This document shows, in pieces, positions 33,330-45,542 of a DNA stretch of 64,000 bases. Location of the stretch: assembly GCA_963695095.1 (NCBI GenBank), contig CAVOFT010000001.1, forward strand, positions 960,001-1,024,000. Direction: 5' to 3'. Every line of letters begins with the position of its first letter. Position 1 is the first letter of the stretch. The notes below the pieces were generated by a model that saw only the letters and a program-made list of their open reading frames with translations, did not search any database and was not told the DNA's origin. The position numbers were made by a program, and so were the translations under genes. The stretch is from an uncultured bacterium. GTDB taxonomy: Bacteria; Krumholzibacteriota; Krumholzibacteriia; JACNKJ01.

Positions 33330-34554
33330 CTATTCGTAGCGCAGGGACTCGATGGGGTCAAGCCGGCTGGCCTTGACGGCCGGATAGAGGCCGAAGCCGA
33401 TGCCGGTGCCGGCGGAGACGACGAGCGCCCCGATCACGTAGGGCACCGGCACCGTGGCCGGCAGATGCATGGCGACGTGCAGGATCCAGCCGATGAAGAG
33501 ACCGAGGGCGACGCCGATGGCGCCGCCAAGGCCGGTCAGCGCGGCCGCCTCGACGAGGAAGAGCTGCAGGATGTCCCGCCGGGTAGCGCCCACGGCCATG
33601 CGCAGACCGATCTCGCGGGTACGCTCTTGCACGCTGACCAGCATGATCGTGATGACGCCGATGCCGCCCACCATGAGGCCGATCGAGGCGAGTGCCACCC
33701 CGACCAGCGTCAGGGGACCCGTCACCTTGCGCGTGAAGTCCACGGCCATGTTCTGCGAGCTGATGGCGAAGTCGTTCTCCTTGCCTGGACCCAGCTTGTG
33801 GCGCACGCGCATCAGGCCCTCGACATCTTCCTTGGCGCGCTCGAGCTGGTCGTTGCCTTCCGGGGTGATGAGGATGTTGATTTCATCGGCATAGGAGAAG
33901 TGCTTGAGGAAGGTGGGCAGGGGCATGATCAGGTAGTTCTGCGCCAGGGACCCGAAGATGCTCTCCCGCTTGGCGAAGATGCCCACCACCGTGAACTCCT
34001 GATCCTCGTCGACGCGGATCTGGCGCCCGATCGGATCGAGCCCGCCGAAGAGGTCCAGCGCCGGCTGGCGCGCGATGACGCAGACGCTGGCCGCGCTCGC
34101 GTACTCCACGCTGTTGAAGAAGCGCCCCGTCTCGACGAAGTCGTTCTCCGCCTCCTGGTACTCCAGGCCGGTGCCCGCCACCTGCATCAGGCTGGCCTTT
34201 TCCGGCCCGTGGCGGGCCACCGTGCCCGTGCCCGCGCGGGGATCGACCTGGCGCACGCTGGCGAGCGCGGCGATCGCCTCGGCGTCGTCGCGGGTCAGCT
34301 GGGGCCGGCTCATCCAGTCCTCGGTCTCGCCGAAGGGATCGTTGCGCGTCAGGTAGATCTGCGTGATGTCCGTGCTCAGGATCTCGTTCTCGAGCCGGCC
34401 CTTGAAGCCCTGGATCACCGAGACCTCGGCCATCAGCGTGGTCACGCCCAGGGCGACGCCGAGGATCACGAGCGCCGAGCGGCCCTTGTTCGCGCGCAGG
34501 TTGCGGCCCGCCATGAAGAAGTTCTCGCCCAGGGCCACCAGTCGCGCGTGGGGA

Positions 34555-34562
<8 letters not shown>
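33330..34562 (-). CDS. ABC transporter permease (MacB/FtsX type)
   Basis: VGGIGVITIMLVSVQERTREIGLR; YPAVKASRLDPIESLRYE. Confidence 0.93.
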
Positions 34563-35792
<1,230 letters not shown>

Positions 35793-35801
35793 GGGGAGCT
35801 C

Positions 35802-37098
35802 CTAGTCGGTTTCCACCTCGACGCGCACGCCGCTGCTGCCGCTCGCGGCGGCCTCGTCCTTGGCGGCGACGGCCTTGATGCGCTCGCCGTGGTGCAGGGT
35901 GCGCACGGCGCGCATGGGACCGGTGACGACCTGCTCGCCCTCGGCGAGGCCCTCGATGAGCTCGAAGTGCTTGTCGCCGGCGATGCCCGTGGTGACGGCG
36001 CGGAAGAGCGCGCGCCCGTCCACCTCCACGAAGACGCCTTCGAGCTCCTTGACGTCGTCGGCGAAGGCGAAGGGGGCCACCTTCACTCCTGCCTTCGCCA
36101 GCTGCGGCCCGAAGCGCTTCTCGTCGTCCTCCAGGGCCTTGCGCGTGCGCAGGATGAGGGCCTGAATGGGAATCGACAGCACGCTGTCGCGCTGAGCGGT
36201 GGTGATCTCGGCCGTGGCCGACAGGCCGGGCCGGAGGCCCGTGAGTCCCTCGGCCAGGGTGATCACGACGCGGAAATCGACGCCCTGGTTGCCGCTCTCG
36301 TTGCGCGGGCTGTTGGCGATCTCGGTCACGCGGCCCGGGGAAGATGGAGTCGGGGAAGGCGTCGATCTCGACCTTCGCCGCCTGGCCGATGGCCACCTGG
36401 GGGATCTCGGTCTCGTCGACGTCCACCTCGACCTCCATCACCGAGAGGTCGGCGATGACCATCAGCACCTGGATGCTGAGGGTGCTCTGGATGGCGATCT
36501 CGCCGGGATCGGCGTTGCGGCGCACGACGACGCCGGCCATCGGCGCGCGGATGGAGGTCTTGGCGAGCTGGTCGCGCTGCTGCTCGAGAATGGCCGCTGC
36601 CTGGTCCACGTTGCGCTCGGCCGAGACGAGGCGGGCCTCGGCCAGCTTGAAGGCGGCGCGCCGCGCTTCGAAGTCGCGGTCGCTCAGGGTCGCCGAGGCG
36701 TGCAGGGCCTGGCTGCGCTCCCATTCGAGCGCTTGCTGCTCGAGGCTGGCGCGGGCCTCCTCGAGGCTTGCCTGCGCCGATAGGTGCTGGGCCTCGGCGC
36801 TGCGGGTGGCCTCGCGGAACTGCGTGGGATCGATGCTGATCAGGAGGTCGCCCACGCGCACGGTGTCTCCCTCTTCAGCCGCCACGGCGACGATCTTGCC
36901 CGTGACATCGGCGCTCACGTCCACGGAGACCTTCGGCTGGACCTTGCCCGAGGCGCTGACCAGCTCGGTGAGATCGCGCGCCGCCACGGGCTCGACCTGC
37001 ACCTCGATGGCCTTGCCCCTTTGTTGCTTCAGATTGAGCAGGATGAAGACGGCGATGACGGCCAGGATCCCCAGCCCGATGAACAGCTTCTTCTTCAT
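35802..37098 (-). CDS. Efflux periplasmic adaptor (MacA/HlyD family); frameshift near 36340
   Basis: N-terminal anchor; VSASGKVQP, EGDTV..GDLL, IRAPMAGVV, VDETEI, GLAEGEQVVTGP. Confidence 0.9.
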
Positions 37099-37303
37099 CT
37101 CGGTCCTTCCGCGCTGCCCGGCTGGCGCCGGCACGAGGGCAGCATACGAAGCTCCGGCGGCAAGTTACAGGAAAAAGGGGGTGGCCGGCGCCTGCAAAGG
37201 TCTTCGACCGGCGGCAACTGCCATGCTAGCCTTGCTCGAGGAGAGCTGCGGATTCCGGACGGGTCCGCGAGCGATCGCCGTGACTTGCACTGGAGGTGAG
37301 GAC

Positions 37304-37549
37304 ATGAGTCCCCTGCGCGTCGGCCTCATCCTGGCTTTGATCGGCAGCCTGATCCTGGGCGTGTTTGCCGGCTGGATCTTCCATCGTCTCTTCCTGGCTC
37401 ATGTCCCGGAGCAGTGTCTCTCCGGCTTCCAGGCGAGCGCCACGCCGATCACCTTCGTCGGCACCGGACTCGTGTTCGGCCTCGCCATCTGCATCTGGGC
37501 GCTCTTCGTGGCCTGGCTGGCGCCCGGTTTTCGTCGTCCCAAGTCCTAG
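37304..37549 (+). CDS. Small two-TM membrane protein
   Basis: GGAGGTGA RBS; MSPLRVGLILALIGS...; two hydrophobic segments. Confidence 0.7.
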   Translation: MSPLRVGLILALIGSLILGVFAGWIFHRLFLAHVPEQCLSGFQASATPITFVGTGLVFGLAICIWALFVAWLAPGFRRPKS

Positions 37550-37648
37550 GGATTCGCCGAGCGCCGGTGCGAAACGCGGGCTTTGCCTGGCGATGCCTGC
37601 AATAGCGTGCTAGAATCACAGCGTGACCCCGCAGATTCGGGAGGTGTG

Positions 37649-39073
37649 ATGATGATGAAGCACGGATACTCGGCTCTGGCGTTCGCCATGCTCCTGCTCC
37701 TTGTCGGCGTCGCTCCCCTCGGCGCCACTCTGCAATTCTATCTGGTCTCCGACGGGCTGCGCGACGCCACCGAGTGCCGCGTGGCCGCCTCTGGCGATGC
37801 CGTGCTGATGACCTGGGTGGAGGCCGACAGCATCTGGACGCGGAGCTGGATGAATGGAGTGCTGGCCCCAGCCGTCAACCACGGTCCGGGCGCAAGGCCC
37901 GACGTGGCCATCAGCGGCCGCGCCATCCTGGCTTTCGAACAGCAGGGCGCCATCATCGTGAATGAGGAGAGATCGCAGGGCTGGACCCAGGAGGCCGTCT
38001 ACGCCTTCGCGCTGGATGTTCGCCTGCCGCGGCTGACCGCCTGGGACAAGGATGGCTGGTTCGCCAACGGCGTCTTCCTCTGCTTCCAGACCGATTACGG
38101 CACGGTTCGCCTTGCCGGTCGCGTCCAGGGCCAGTGGCAGGAGGCCGAAAACGTCTTCGACGGGGCGATGCCCGGCATGCCCATGTTCGCCCAGGCGGTG
38201 CCGGTACCCGACGGGCGGGGCTGGCGTCCGCGCGTCTACGCCATGTTGGAGGATCATCTGGTCTACTGCGATCGCGTGGGTGAGGTCTGGCAGGCGCCCG
38301 TGGGGGTGCACCAAGACGAGTTCATCTACGGCGGCGAGTTCGCCGTGGCGGAGGGGCTGGACAACGAGCAGCACGTGCTCAGCAACGGACCGCAGCCCAC
38401 CTGTCCCTGCAATGTGATCCACTACACGCACGGCGGCCTTGCGGGCGCCCTGGAGCGATCCGGAGGATCTCACCGTCGGAGTTCGACTACTACACCTGGC
38501 CGCAGGATCCGGCCATCGCCGTCGACGCCGCCGGCCGCGTGCACGCGGTCTGGTTCCAGCAGCACTACAGCATGAACATGCTGCCCACCTGGCGCGGGTT
38601 CTACTACCAGGTGCTCGACGGCGGCGTGTGGACGGACTACAGCGAGCAACTTCTGCTGCATGCGCGGCGAGCACGCGGACATGGACCTGCGCTACCGCTA
38701 CACGCCGGCCATGGTGTTCACGCAAGCCTACGACGCGCCGAGCCAGGTGGTGCTGGCCCTGGATCCGGATGCCACGGCAGTGCCGAATGCGCCCGCGGCG
38801 AGCTTCGCGCTCAGCGCCCAGCCCAATCCCTTCAACCCGAAGACCACCCTGCGCTTCGCGCTCGCCGCGCCGGCCGCGGTGGAACTGGCCATCTGCGACG
38901 TCAGCGGCCGGCGCCTGCGCACGCTGTGCACGGGGCTGCTGCCGGCCGGGGGGCAGCGTCTGGACTGGGACGGCCGCGACGACGCGGGCCGCGAGTTGCC
39001 CAGCGGGGTCTACCTGGCGCAGATCGTCGGCGGCAGCCAGCGGGCCATGGCCAAGCTAGTGCTCCTGCGCTGA
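37649..39073 (+). CDS. Secreted protein with C-terminal FlgD-like Ig domain; several frameshifts at 38440-38660
   Basis: Signal peptide; C-terminus PNPFNPKT...WDGRDDAGRELPSGVYL...KLVLLR. Confidence 0.75.
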
Positions 39074-39083
39074 TCGCCGCCCC

Positions 39084-39112
39084 TTGACAAGTCCACCCGC
39101 GGCCCCCAGCAT
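39084..39112 (+). promoter_or_regulatory. Putative promoter of the lipid operon
   Basis: TTGACA-17 bp-CAGCAT. Confidence 0.5.
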
Positions 39113-39139
39113 CGCGTGCCTGGGTGCCGGGGGTGGCCG

Positions 39140-39905
39140 ATGTCCGGAAATCGCTTCGCACTGCTCACGCCGCTCGCACTGCTGGCCGCGCTGGCCGTGG
39201 CGAAGTGGCTCTCCTTCACCGCCGCGGCCTGGCTGATGGCCCTGGTCAGCTTCGCCGGCCTGCGCGAGTACCTCTCCCTCGCCGACCTGCGCGCCGAAGA
39301 TCGCTGGGCGATGCTCGCGGCCTATCTCGCCATCCCGCTGCAGTTCTGGCTGGTTGCAGCGGACTGGTACGGCTTCTTCATCGTCGCCGTGCCGGTCTAC
39401 GTTTTCGTGCTCCTGCCCTTCCTCGTGGCGCTGGGGGGCAGCCCCCGCGGCAGCGTCTTCTCGGTGGGCGCGCTCGATCTCGGCCTCTTCCTCTTCGTCT
39501 ACTGCCTGGGGCACCTGGCCTACCTGGCGCGCAGCGCGCCCGGACTCGCCCTGCTGCTGCTCCTCGCCGTCTACCTCACGGACCTGCTCGAGCGCGCCGT
39601 GCGCCGCGCAGGGGGCGGCCCCGTGCTCAGCTACATCGCCGCCGCGCCGCCCTGCTTCCTGCTCGCCATGGCGATCGGCTTGCCTGCGGGCCTCACGCGT
39701 CCGCAGGGTCTCGCCTGCGCGCTCATGCTTCCCCATCCTCGTGCTGAAGGGCAACTTCACCCTGCGGGCCTTGGAAGCCGATCTCGGCATCGACCCGGAG
39801 GCGCTCGAGCCCGGCCGCGGCCGCATCATCGACGGCCTGCGCCCGCTGCTCTTCGCCGCGCCGGTGGGCTTCCACCTGCTCCGCTTCGCCACGGACATCT
39901 TCTGA
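39140..39905 (+). CDS. Phosphatidate cytidylyltransferase-like (YnbB/CdsA family) membrane protein, motif-degenerate; frameshift near 39730
   Basis: LVSFAGLREY, IPLQF..WYGFF..VPVY, C-terminal FAAPVGFH. Confidence 0.7.
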
Positions 39906-39912
39906 GGCCGCC

Positions 39913-41310
39913 ATGGACGGGCGCTGCGCATTCCACGTGCTCGTCCTCAGGCCGCTGCTGCGCGCGCTCTTCGGTCTGCACGCCCAGGGGACGGCGCAGC
40001 TCGCCGCGCTGCCGCAGTTCGTCCTCATCGCCAACCACAACAGCCACCTCGATGCGCTGCTCCTGCTCAGCGCGCTGCCCCGCGAACGGCTCGCGCGCAC
40101 GCGCCCCGTGGCCGCGGCCGATCACTTCGGCCGTTCGCGGCGCCTGGCCCGGCTCATGGACCGCCTGCTCGCGCCCGTCTGGGTGGATCGCGCCGCCCCC
40201 GCTGCCGAGAGCGTGGCCGCGATGGAGCGGGCGCTGGCCGCCGGCGATAGCCTGATCCTCTTCCCCGAGGGCACGCGCGGCGCGCCGGGAGTGCTCGCGC
40301 CCTTTCGCAGCGGCATCGGCTGGCTGCTCGAGAAGCACCCCGACTTGCCCGTGATCCCCGCGGCGATCAGCGGCCCCGAGCGGGCGTTGCCCCGCGGCGC
40401 GGCGCTGCCCCTGCCCGTCTGGAATCGCGTGGTGCTCGGTCCAGCGCGACGCCTCACCGGTCCGCCGCGAGAGCTGGCCTTCAGTCTGCGCAGCGAGGTG
40501 GCCGAGCTGATGGGCGCCGAGCGCGCGCGCCGGCAGACGCGCTGCACGCCCCGCCGCGCGACGCGCGTGCTCGCGGTGCTCGGCATCGACGGCTCGGGCA
40601 AGAGCACCCTGGCACGGCGGCTGGCCCTCGAGCTGTCCATGGGGGGGACCAGCGCCTTGGTCGGCGACGAGCTGCAGCTCATCGCCGGCGGCGAGGCGCG
40701 GCCCTTGCAGCCCCTGCCCGCCGAGCGCCTGCGCCAGCACCTGAGTCGCCGCGCCAAGGCCGCGCGCAGCCTGGGCGGCTACAAGCTGCCCAAGCTGGCC
40801 GAGCTGCTGCTGCGCGAAGACCTGCTGCGCGAGAGCCGCCGCTGGTACGACCCGGACTGGGTGCTGCTCGACGGTTCGCCGCTCCTGAACCTGGCCGCCT
40901 GGCTCGCGCTCTATCGCGAGGGCGACCTCGATGCGGACTTCGCCGCCGCCGCGCTCTTGCAGCTCGCTGGCCGCGGCAGCGCCGGCGCGCGGCGCCGCTA
41001 CCGCGAACTGCGCCGCCTGCGGGCGCTGGTGCCCTTTCACCTCGAGCTGCCGGCGGCGGCCGTCTTCATCGCTCTGCCGCCGGAGATCGCAGTGGCGCGC
41101 ATCGCCGCTCGCGGCGAGGCGCGGCAGGTGCACGAGACGGTGGCGAAGCTCGCGCTCCTGCAGCGCTCCTACACGGCGGTCTGCGAGGCGGCGGAGGCGC
41201 AACTGAGCCTCGCCGTGCTGCGCCTGGACGCCACGCAGCCGATCGACGCGCTCACGGACGAGGCGGCGCGCTTCGCGCGCGCCCTCGGGGAGGGGAAGCA
41301 TGGTCAGTAG
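39913..41310 (+). CDS. Lysophospholipid acyltransferase (PlsC family) fused to a thymidylate/NMP-kinase-like P-loop domain
   Basis: NHNSHLD and FPEGTR, then VLGIDGSGKST and PEIAVARI..RG..HE. Confidence 0.85.
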   Translation: MDGRCAFHVLVLRPLLRALFGLHAQGTAQLAALPQFVLIANHNSHLDALLLLSALPRERLARTRPVAAADHFGRSRRLARLMDRLLAPVWVDRAAPAAESVAAMERALAAGDSLILFPEGTRGAPGVLAPFRSGIGWLLEKHPDLPVIPAAISGPERALPRGAALPLPVWNRVVLGPARRLTGPPRELAFSLRSEVAELMGAERARRQTRCTPRRATRVLAVLGIDGSGKSTLARRLALELSMGGTSALVGDELQLIAGGEARPLQPLPAERLRQHLSRRAKAARSLGGYKLPKLAELLLREDLLRESRRWYDPDWVLLDGSPLLNLAAWLALYREGDLDADFAAAALLQLAGRGSAGARRRYRELRRLRALVPFHLELPAAAVFIALPPEIAVARIAARGEARQVHETVAKLALLQRSYTAVCEAAEAQLSLAVLRLDATQPIDALTDEAARFARALGEGKHGQ

Positions 41311-42340
41311 GGAGGCCCGCATCGAGGTGATCGCCACGGCGGTCTCGGGTTCCATCGCCGACTGGAGCAAGGTCCAGCGCATCGAGCCGCTGTTTCGCGA
41401 GGCCGGCTGGACGGGGGTGCGCCTGTCCGCCATCGAGGGCCACCGCGAGGCCCGCGCGCGGGCAGCCGAACTCGTTGCCGATGGCGCGCGCATCCTGATC
41501 TCCGCCGGCGGTTCGGGCACCTTCGCCGCCGTGCTCGCCGGCATCCTCGATGCTCAGCCGCCGCTGGCGGAGATCCGCCTCGGCTTCCTGCGCAAGGGCT
41601 CGGCCGATCTCATCGGCAAGGTGCTCGGCATGCCCGACGAGATCGAGGCCGCCGTGCGGGTCTTCTCGACCGCCATCGAGCGCGATCAGGTAGAGCCCTG
41701 CGATCTCCTGCGCGTGGAAGCGATCGGCACCGGTCTGCCCGTGAAGCACTTCGTCGGCTACGGCGGCGCGGGCCTCTTCGGCCGCATCCCGCACTTCACC
41801 GAGAATCGCTTCATGAAGTGGTACAAGGGCGTGCTGAGTCAGGTCTTCGGGGACCTGGGGCCCTTCACGACGGGCATGGCGCTGGCTGTCGGCGAGCGCC
41901 TGCTCAAGGCGCCGCTGGCGCGAGCGCCCGGCTGGCGCCTCACGGTGGACGGCGACGAGGCCGCCAGCGGCCGCTTCCAGGCATTGATCCTCGTGAACGG
42001 CTACCTCGGGCCTCAGCTCGCCTACAGCGAGGATCGCCTCGGCTCGGGCCGCTTTCACTGCTACGCGCTGCGCGACCGCGGCGGCCTGGCCCTGCTGCGC
42101 CAGGCGGCGGCCGCGAGGAGCGGCGCCATCCGTCGCGATCCCACGCGCTGGGGCATGGAGCACTACCCGGCTGCCAGGAGCCTCGAAATCGCCTGCGATC
42201 GCCCCTTCCCGCTGAACGTGGACGGCTCCACGTTGCTCTGCCGCGAGCGGGCACTCATCGAGCGCGTGGGTTCGATTCCGCTACTCAGCGCGCCGCCGGC
42301 TGCGGGCGGGCCGAGCACGGCTCGCGCCTACAGCGCGTAG
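41300..42340 (+). CDS. Diacylglycerol/lipid kinase family protein, divergent
   Basis: SAGGSGT (canonical GGDGT), KGSAD, ILVNG, PLNVDG. Confidence 0.7.
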   Translation: MVSREARIEVIATAVSGSIADWSKVQRIEPLFREAGWTGVRLSAIEGHREARARAAELVADGARILISAGGSGTFAAVLAGILDAQPPLAEIRLGFLRKGSADLIGKVLGMPDEIEAAVRVFSTAIERDQVEPCDLLRVEAIGTGLPVKHFVGYGGAGLFGRIPHFTENRFMKWYKGVLSQVFGDLGPFTTGMALAVGERLLKAPLARAPGWRLTVDGDEAASGRFQALILVNGYLGPQLAYSEDRLGSGRFHCYALRDRGGLALLRQAAAARSGAIRRDPTRWGMEHYPAARSLEIACDRPFPLNVDGSTLLCRERALIERVGSIPLLSAPPAAGGPSTARAYSA

Positions 42341-43665
42341 TCCTTGATCTTCTTGTAGAGCGTGGATTCGGCGATGTCGAGGCTCTTGGCAGCGCGCCGC
42401 CGGCTGCCGCCGCACTGCGCCAGCCGCCGCGCGATGGCCTCGCGCTCGACCTCGGCCAGGGTGAGCCCGCCGTCGAGGAAGTCCGTGGCCACCCCGCGCG
42501 CTTCCGGCAGCAGGATGTCGTCGGCGGCGATCTGCGCGCCCTCGGCGTAGAAGACGGCCTGCTCGACCACGTGCCGCAGCTCGCGAATGTTGCCCGGCCA
42601 GCGGTGGGCCCTGAGCTTCGCGAGCGCCGCGGGCGCGAAGCGCAGGCCGCGCCCCTCGGGGTCGGCGCGCAGGAAGTGCTCGGCGAGCAGGGGGATGTCC
42701 TCGGGGATCTCGCGCAGGGCCGGCGTCTGCAGGGCGATGATGTTCAGGCGATGAAAGAGATCCTCGCGGAAGCGTCCCGCCGCGATTTCCTGCTCGAGCA
42801 CGCGGTTCGTGGCCGCCACGATGCGCAGGTCCACGCGGATCGGCGAGTTGCTGCCCAGGCGCTCGAACTCGCGCGTCTCGAGCACGCGCAGCAGGCGCGA
42901 TTGCAGCTCGAGGTCCATCTCGCCGATCTCGTCGAGGAAGAGCGTGCCGCCGTCGGCGGCCTCGAACTTGCCGGGGCGATCGCCCACCGCGCCCGTGAAG
43001 GCCCCGCGCACGTGCCCGAAGAGCTCGCTGCTCAGAAGCTCGCGGTTCAGCGCCGCGCAGTTGATGGCCACGAAGGGCCGCTTTGCCCGCGGCCCATGGC
43101 GGTGGATGGCCCGCGCCACCAGCTCCTTGCCCGTGCCCGTCTCGCCGCGGATGAGCACCGTCTTCGCCGAGGGCCCCAGCTTGCGGCACTTGCTGCGCAG
43201 CAGCTCCACGGCGGCGCTGGAGCCCACCAGCTCCTCGCTGGCGGGCTCGAGGGCGACCTCGAGGCTGCGCGTCCGGCGCAGGAGCTGGCGGCGGCTGAGG
43301 GCCTGCTCCACGGCGAGCTCGAGCCGCGGGCCGAGCCCTCCGCGGGCGGGCTTTTCGAGAAAATCCAGCGCGCCGAGCTTGAGCGCCTCCACTGCCGCCT
43401 CCACGCTGCCGAAGGCGGTGATGAGCAGCGCGCTCACCTCGAGGCCCTCCTCGCCGAGCTTGCGCAGGAGGCCGAGGCCATCCAGGCGCGGCATGTTCAG
43501 ATCGGTGACGAGCAAGTCGAAGGGTTCGGCCTTCAGGCGGGCGAGGGCGTCCAGGCCGTCCACCGCCGTCTCCACGCGGTAGCCGCGCTCGACGAGCAGC
43601 TCCGCCATGTACTCGCGGTTGAGCTCCTCGTCGTCGACGAGCAGGATGCGGGGCGCTTCGGCCAT
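42328..43665 (-). CDS. Sigma-54-dependent response regulator (NtrC family)
   Basis: Receiver LVDDE/TDLNMP/KP; GETGTGKE, GAFTGA, LDEIGE, WPGNIREL; Fis-type HTH. Confidence 0.95.
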   Translation of the reverse strand: MAEAPRILLVDDEELNREYMAELLVERGYRVETAVDGLDALARLKAEPFDLLVTDLNMPRLDGLGLLRKLGEEGLEVSALLITAFGSVEAAVEALKLGALDFLEKPARGGLGPRLELAVEQALSRRQLLRRTRSLEVALEPASEELVGSSAAVELLRSKCRKLGPSAKTVLIRGETGTGKELVARAIHRHGPRAKRPFVAINCAALNRELLSSELFGHVRGAFTGAVGDRPGKFEAADGGTLFLDEIGEMDLELQSRLLRVLETREFERLGSNSPIRVDLRIVAATNRVLEQEIAAGRFREDLFHRLNIIALQTPALREIPEDIPLLAEHFLRADPEGRGLRFAPAALAKLRAHRWPGNIRELRHVVEQAVFYAEGAQIAADDILLPEARGVATDFLDGGLTLAEVEREAIARRLAQCGGSRRRAAKSLDIAESTLYKKIKDYAL

Positions 43666-43713
43666 GGCCTCACCTTTCGCCTCGGCGGAGTGTAGCGCAT
43701 GCGCGCGCCGCTG

Positions 43714-45357
43714 TCAGGAGCCCAGCTCCTGGAGAGCGAGCGGCAAGCCCAGGCGAAAGCAGGCCCCACCCGCCGGGCGGTTTTCCGCGCTCAGGCTGCC
43801 GTGGTGCTCGGCCACGAGATGCCGGCAGATCGCCAGCCCCAGCCCGCTGCCCCCGGACTTCGTCGTGAAGAAGTCCGCGAAGACGCGCTCGAGATCGGCC
43901 GCCGGAATGCCCGGGCCCTCGTCTTCCACCAGCACCTCCACCCAGTCGGGCTCGCTCGCCAGGCGGCAGAGGGTCCGCGCCGTGAGCCGGACGCTGCCGC
44001 GCCGCTCGCTCATGGCCTGGGCCGCATTGACGAGCAGGTTGCCGACCACCTGCTCGAGGGCCTCGGCGTCCCCCAGGACGATCAGCCCGCGCGGATAGTC
44101 GCGCTCCAGGCGCAGGCCCGCCTCCTGGAAGCGCGCGGCGCTGTCCACGGCCGCCGCCGTGAGCACGCGCGCGAGATCGATGGCCTCGCGCCGGCCGCCG
44201 CCGGGCCGCGCGAAGCGCAGCAGGCTGTTCATGCGGCCCTCGGCCTTGTCGATGCCGGCCAGCACGCGCTCCAGGCGCGCGCGCAGGTCCTCGTCGGCAA
44301 GGCCGCCGGCAGCGAGCTTGGCGAGCAGGTTCTCGGTGGTGCCGCGCACGTTGTAGAGCGGGTTCTTGAGCTCATGGGCGAGACGCCCGACCAGGGTGCC
44401 CAGCAGGGCCAGCTTCTCGGCCCGCGCCCGCGCGGCCTGGAGCTGCTCGGCTTCGATGACGCGCGCGGCCTGGGCGGCCACGGTCTCGAGCAACTCGCGA
44501 TCCGCCGCGGCGAAGGGGCCGGTGCCCGCCGTCCGCCGGTCCACGTAGAGCGCGCCGAGGCGCCGCTGGTCGGCGGCCAGCAGCAGCGGCACGCAGACCA
44601 GGCTCTGCACTTGCTGCGAGTGGAGGCTGGCCGCCGCTTCGAAGCGGGGATCGGCCATGGCCGTCTCCAGCGCGACCGGGCGGCCGCTCTCCAGCGCTTC
44701 CCGGAGCACGGTCTGACTCACCTGGCCGATCGCGCCCGCGTCCAGCGGGGGACTGGCCTCGCCGGCCGCCCCCGCCGCCTGCCAGGCGGCCTGGGCTTCG
44801 GGCCGCCAGCGGCCGCTCTCGGCGTCGAAGAGCAGGATGAAGCCGCGCTCGGCGCCGACGGCCTCGCCGGCCAGGCGGATCACGCCGGCGAGGATGGCGT
44901 CGAGATCGTGGCCGCCGGCGAAGAGATCGAGGATGCGCAGGAGCACGCGGTAGTGCCGCTCCTGCACCCCCGGCGTTGCCGGCGCCGACGCCGACTGGGC
45001 GACCGGATGGCTGAGCAGCGTGGCCTCATCGGCGGCGCTCTCGAGGTCGCTGGCGACCACGCGCAGTTCCAGGCGGCCGAGCAGGAGGCGATCGCCGGGT
45101 GCCAGCGGCGCCGCTGCGTCCAGCTTCTCGCCGTTGCGCTGGGTGCCGAAGCGGCTGCCGAGGTCTTCCACCCACCAGCGCTCGCCGTCCCAGACCAGGC
45201 GCGCGTGGCGGCGGCTCACGCTGCGCTCCTCCAGCGGCAGGGCGCAGCCGGCCTCCCGGCCGAGCACGAACTCCTGCCGGGCTCCCGAGCCGCAGGGCCC
45301 GAAGCTGGCAGCGCGCTGCTGGCCGCCGAGCGCGAAATGCAGGACGAGGGGTGTCAT
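43714..45357 (-). CDS. Cytoplasmic FHA-GAF histidine kinase
   Basis: FHA LGR..SRRHA..EDLGS; GAF CVPL..GALYVD; AHELKNPL, NAAQA, DEGPGI, GSGLGLAIC; no TM segment. Confidence 0.92.
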   Translation of the reverse strand: MTPLVLHFALGGQQRAASFGPCGSGARQEFVLGREAGCALPLEERSVSRRHARLVWDGERWWVEDLGSRFGTQRNGEKLDAAAPLAPGDRLLLGRLELRVVASDLESAADEATLLSHPVAQSASAPATPGVQERHYRVLLRILDLFAGGHDLDAILAGVIRLAGEAVGAERGFILLFDAESGRWRPEAQAAWQAAGAAGEASPPLDAGAIGQVSQTVLREALESGRPVALETAMADPRFEAAASLHSQQVQSLVCVPLLLAADQRRLGALYVDRRTAGTGPFAAADRELLETVAAQAARVIEAEQLQAARARAEKLALLGTLVGRLAHELKNPLYNVRGTTENLLAKLAAGGLADEDLRARLERVLAGIDKAEGRMNSLLRFARPGGGRREAIDLARVLTAAAVDSAARFQEAGLRLERDYPRGLIVLGDAEALEQVVGNLLVNAAQAMSERRGSVRLTARTLCRLASEPDWVEVLVEDEGPGIPAADLERVFADFFTTKSGGSGLGLAICRHLVAEHHGSLSAENRPAGGACFRLGLPLALQELGS

Positions 45358-45394
45358 GGCTGTGCAGGATCCTAGGGGCTGGCGGGCGGCCTGT

Positions 45395-45487
45395 CCAGGG
45401 GGCCGCCGCCTGCCCAGCGGCCTCTACCTCGTCCAGTTGCGCGGCGAGCGCGGGGCGGTGAGCGCCAAGGCCCTCCTCCGGCGCTGA
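45395..45487 (+). pseudogene. Orphan remnant of a FlgD-like C-terminal domain
   Basis: GRRLPSGLYLVQLRGERGAVSAKALLRR* resembles the tails of the genes ending at 39073 and 49240 but has no gene body. Confidence 0.6.
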
Positions 45488-45542
45488 TCCAGCGGCTTGC
45501 AAGGCCGCCCGGCGCCCCCTATGCTTGGCGCCGAGGAGTGGC

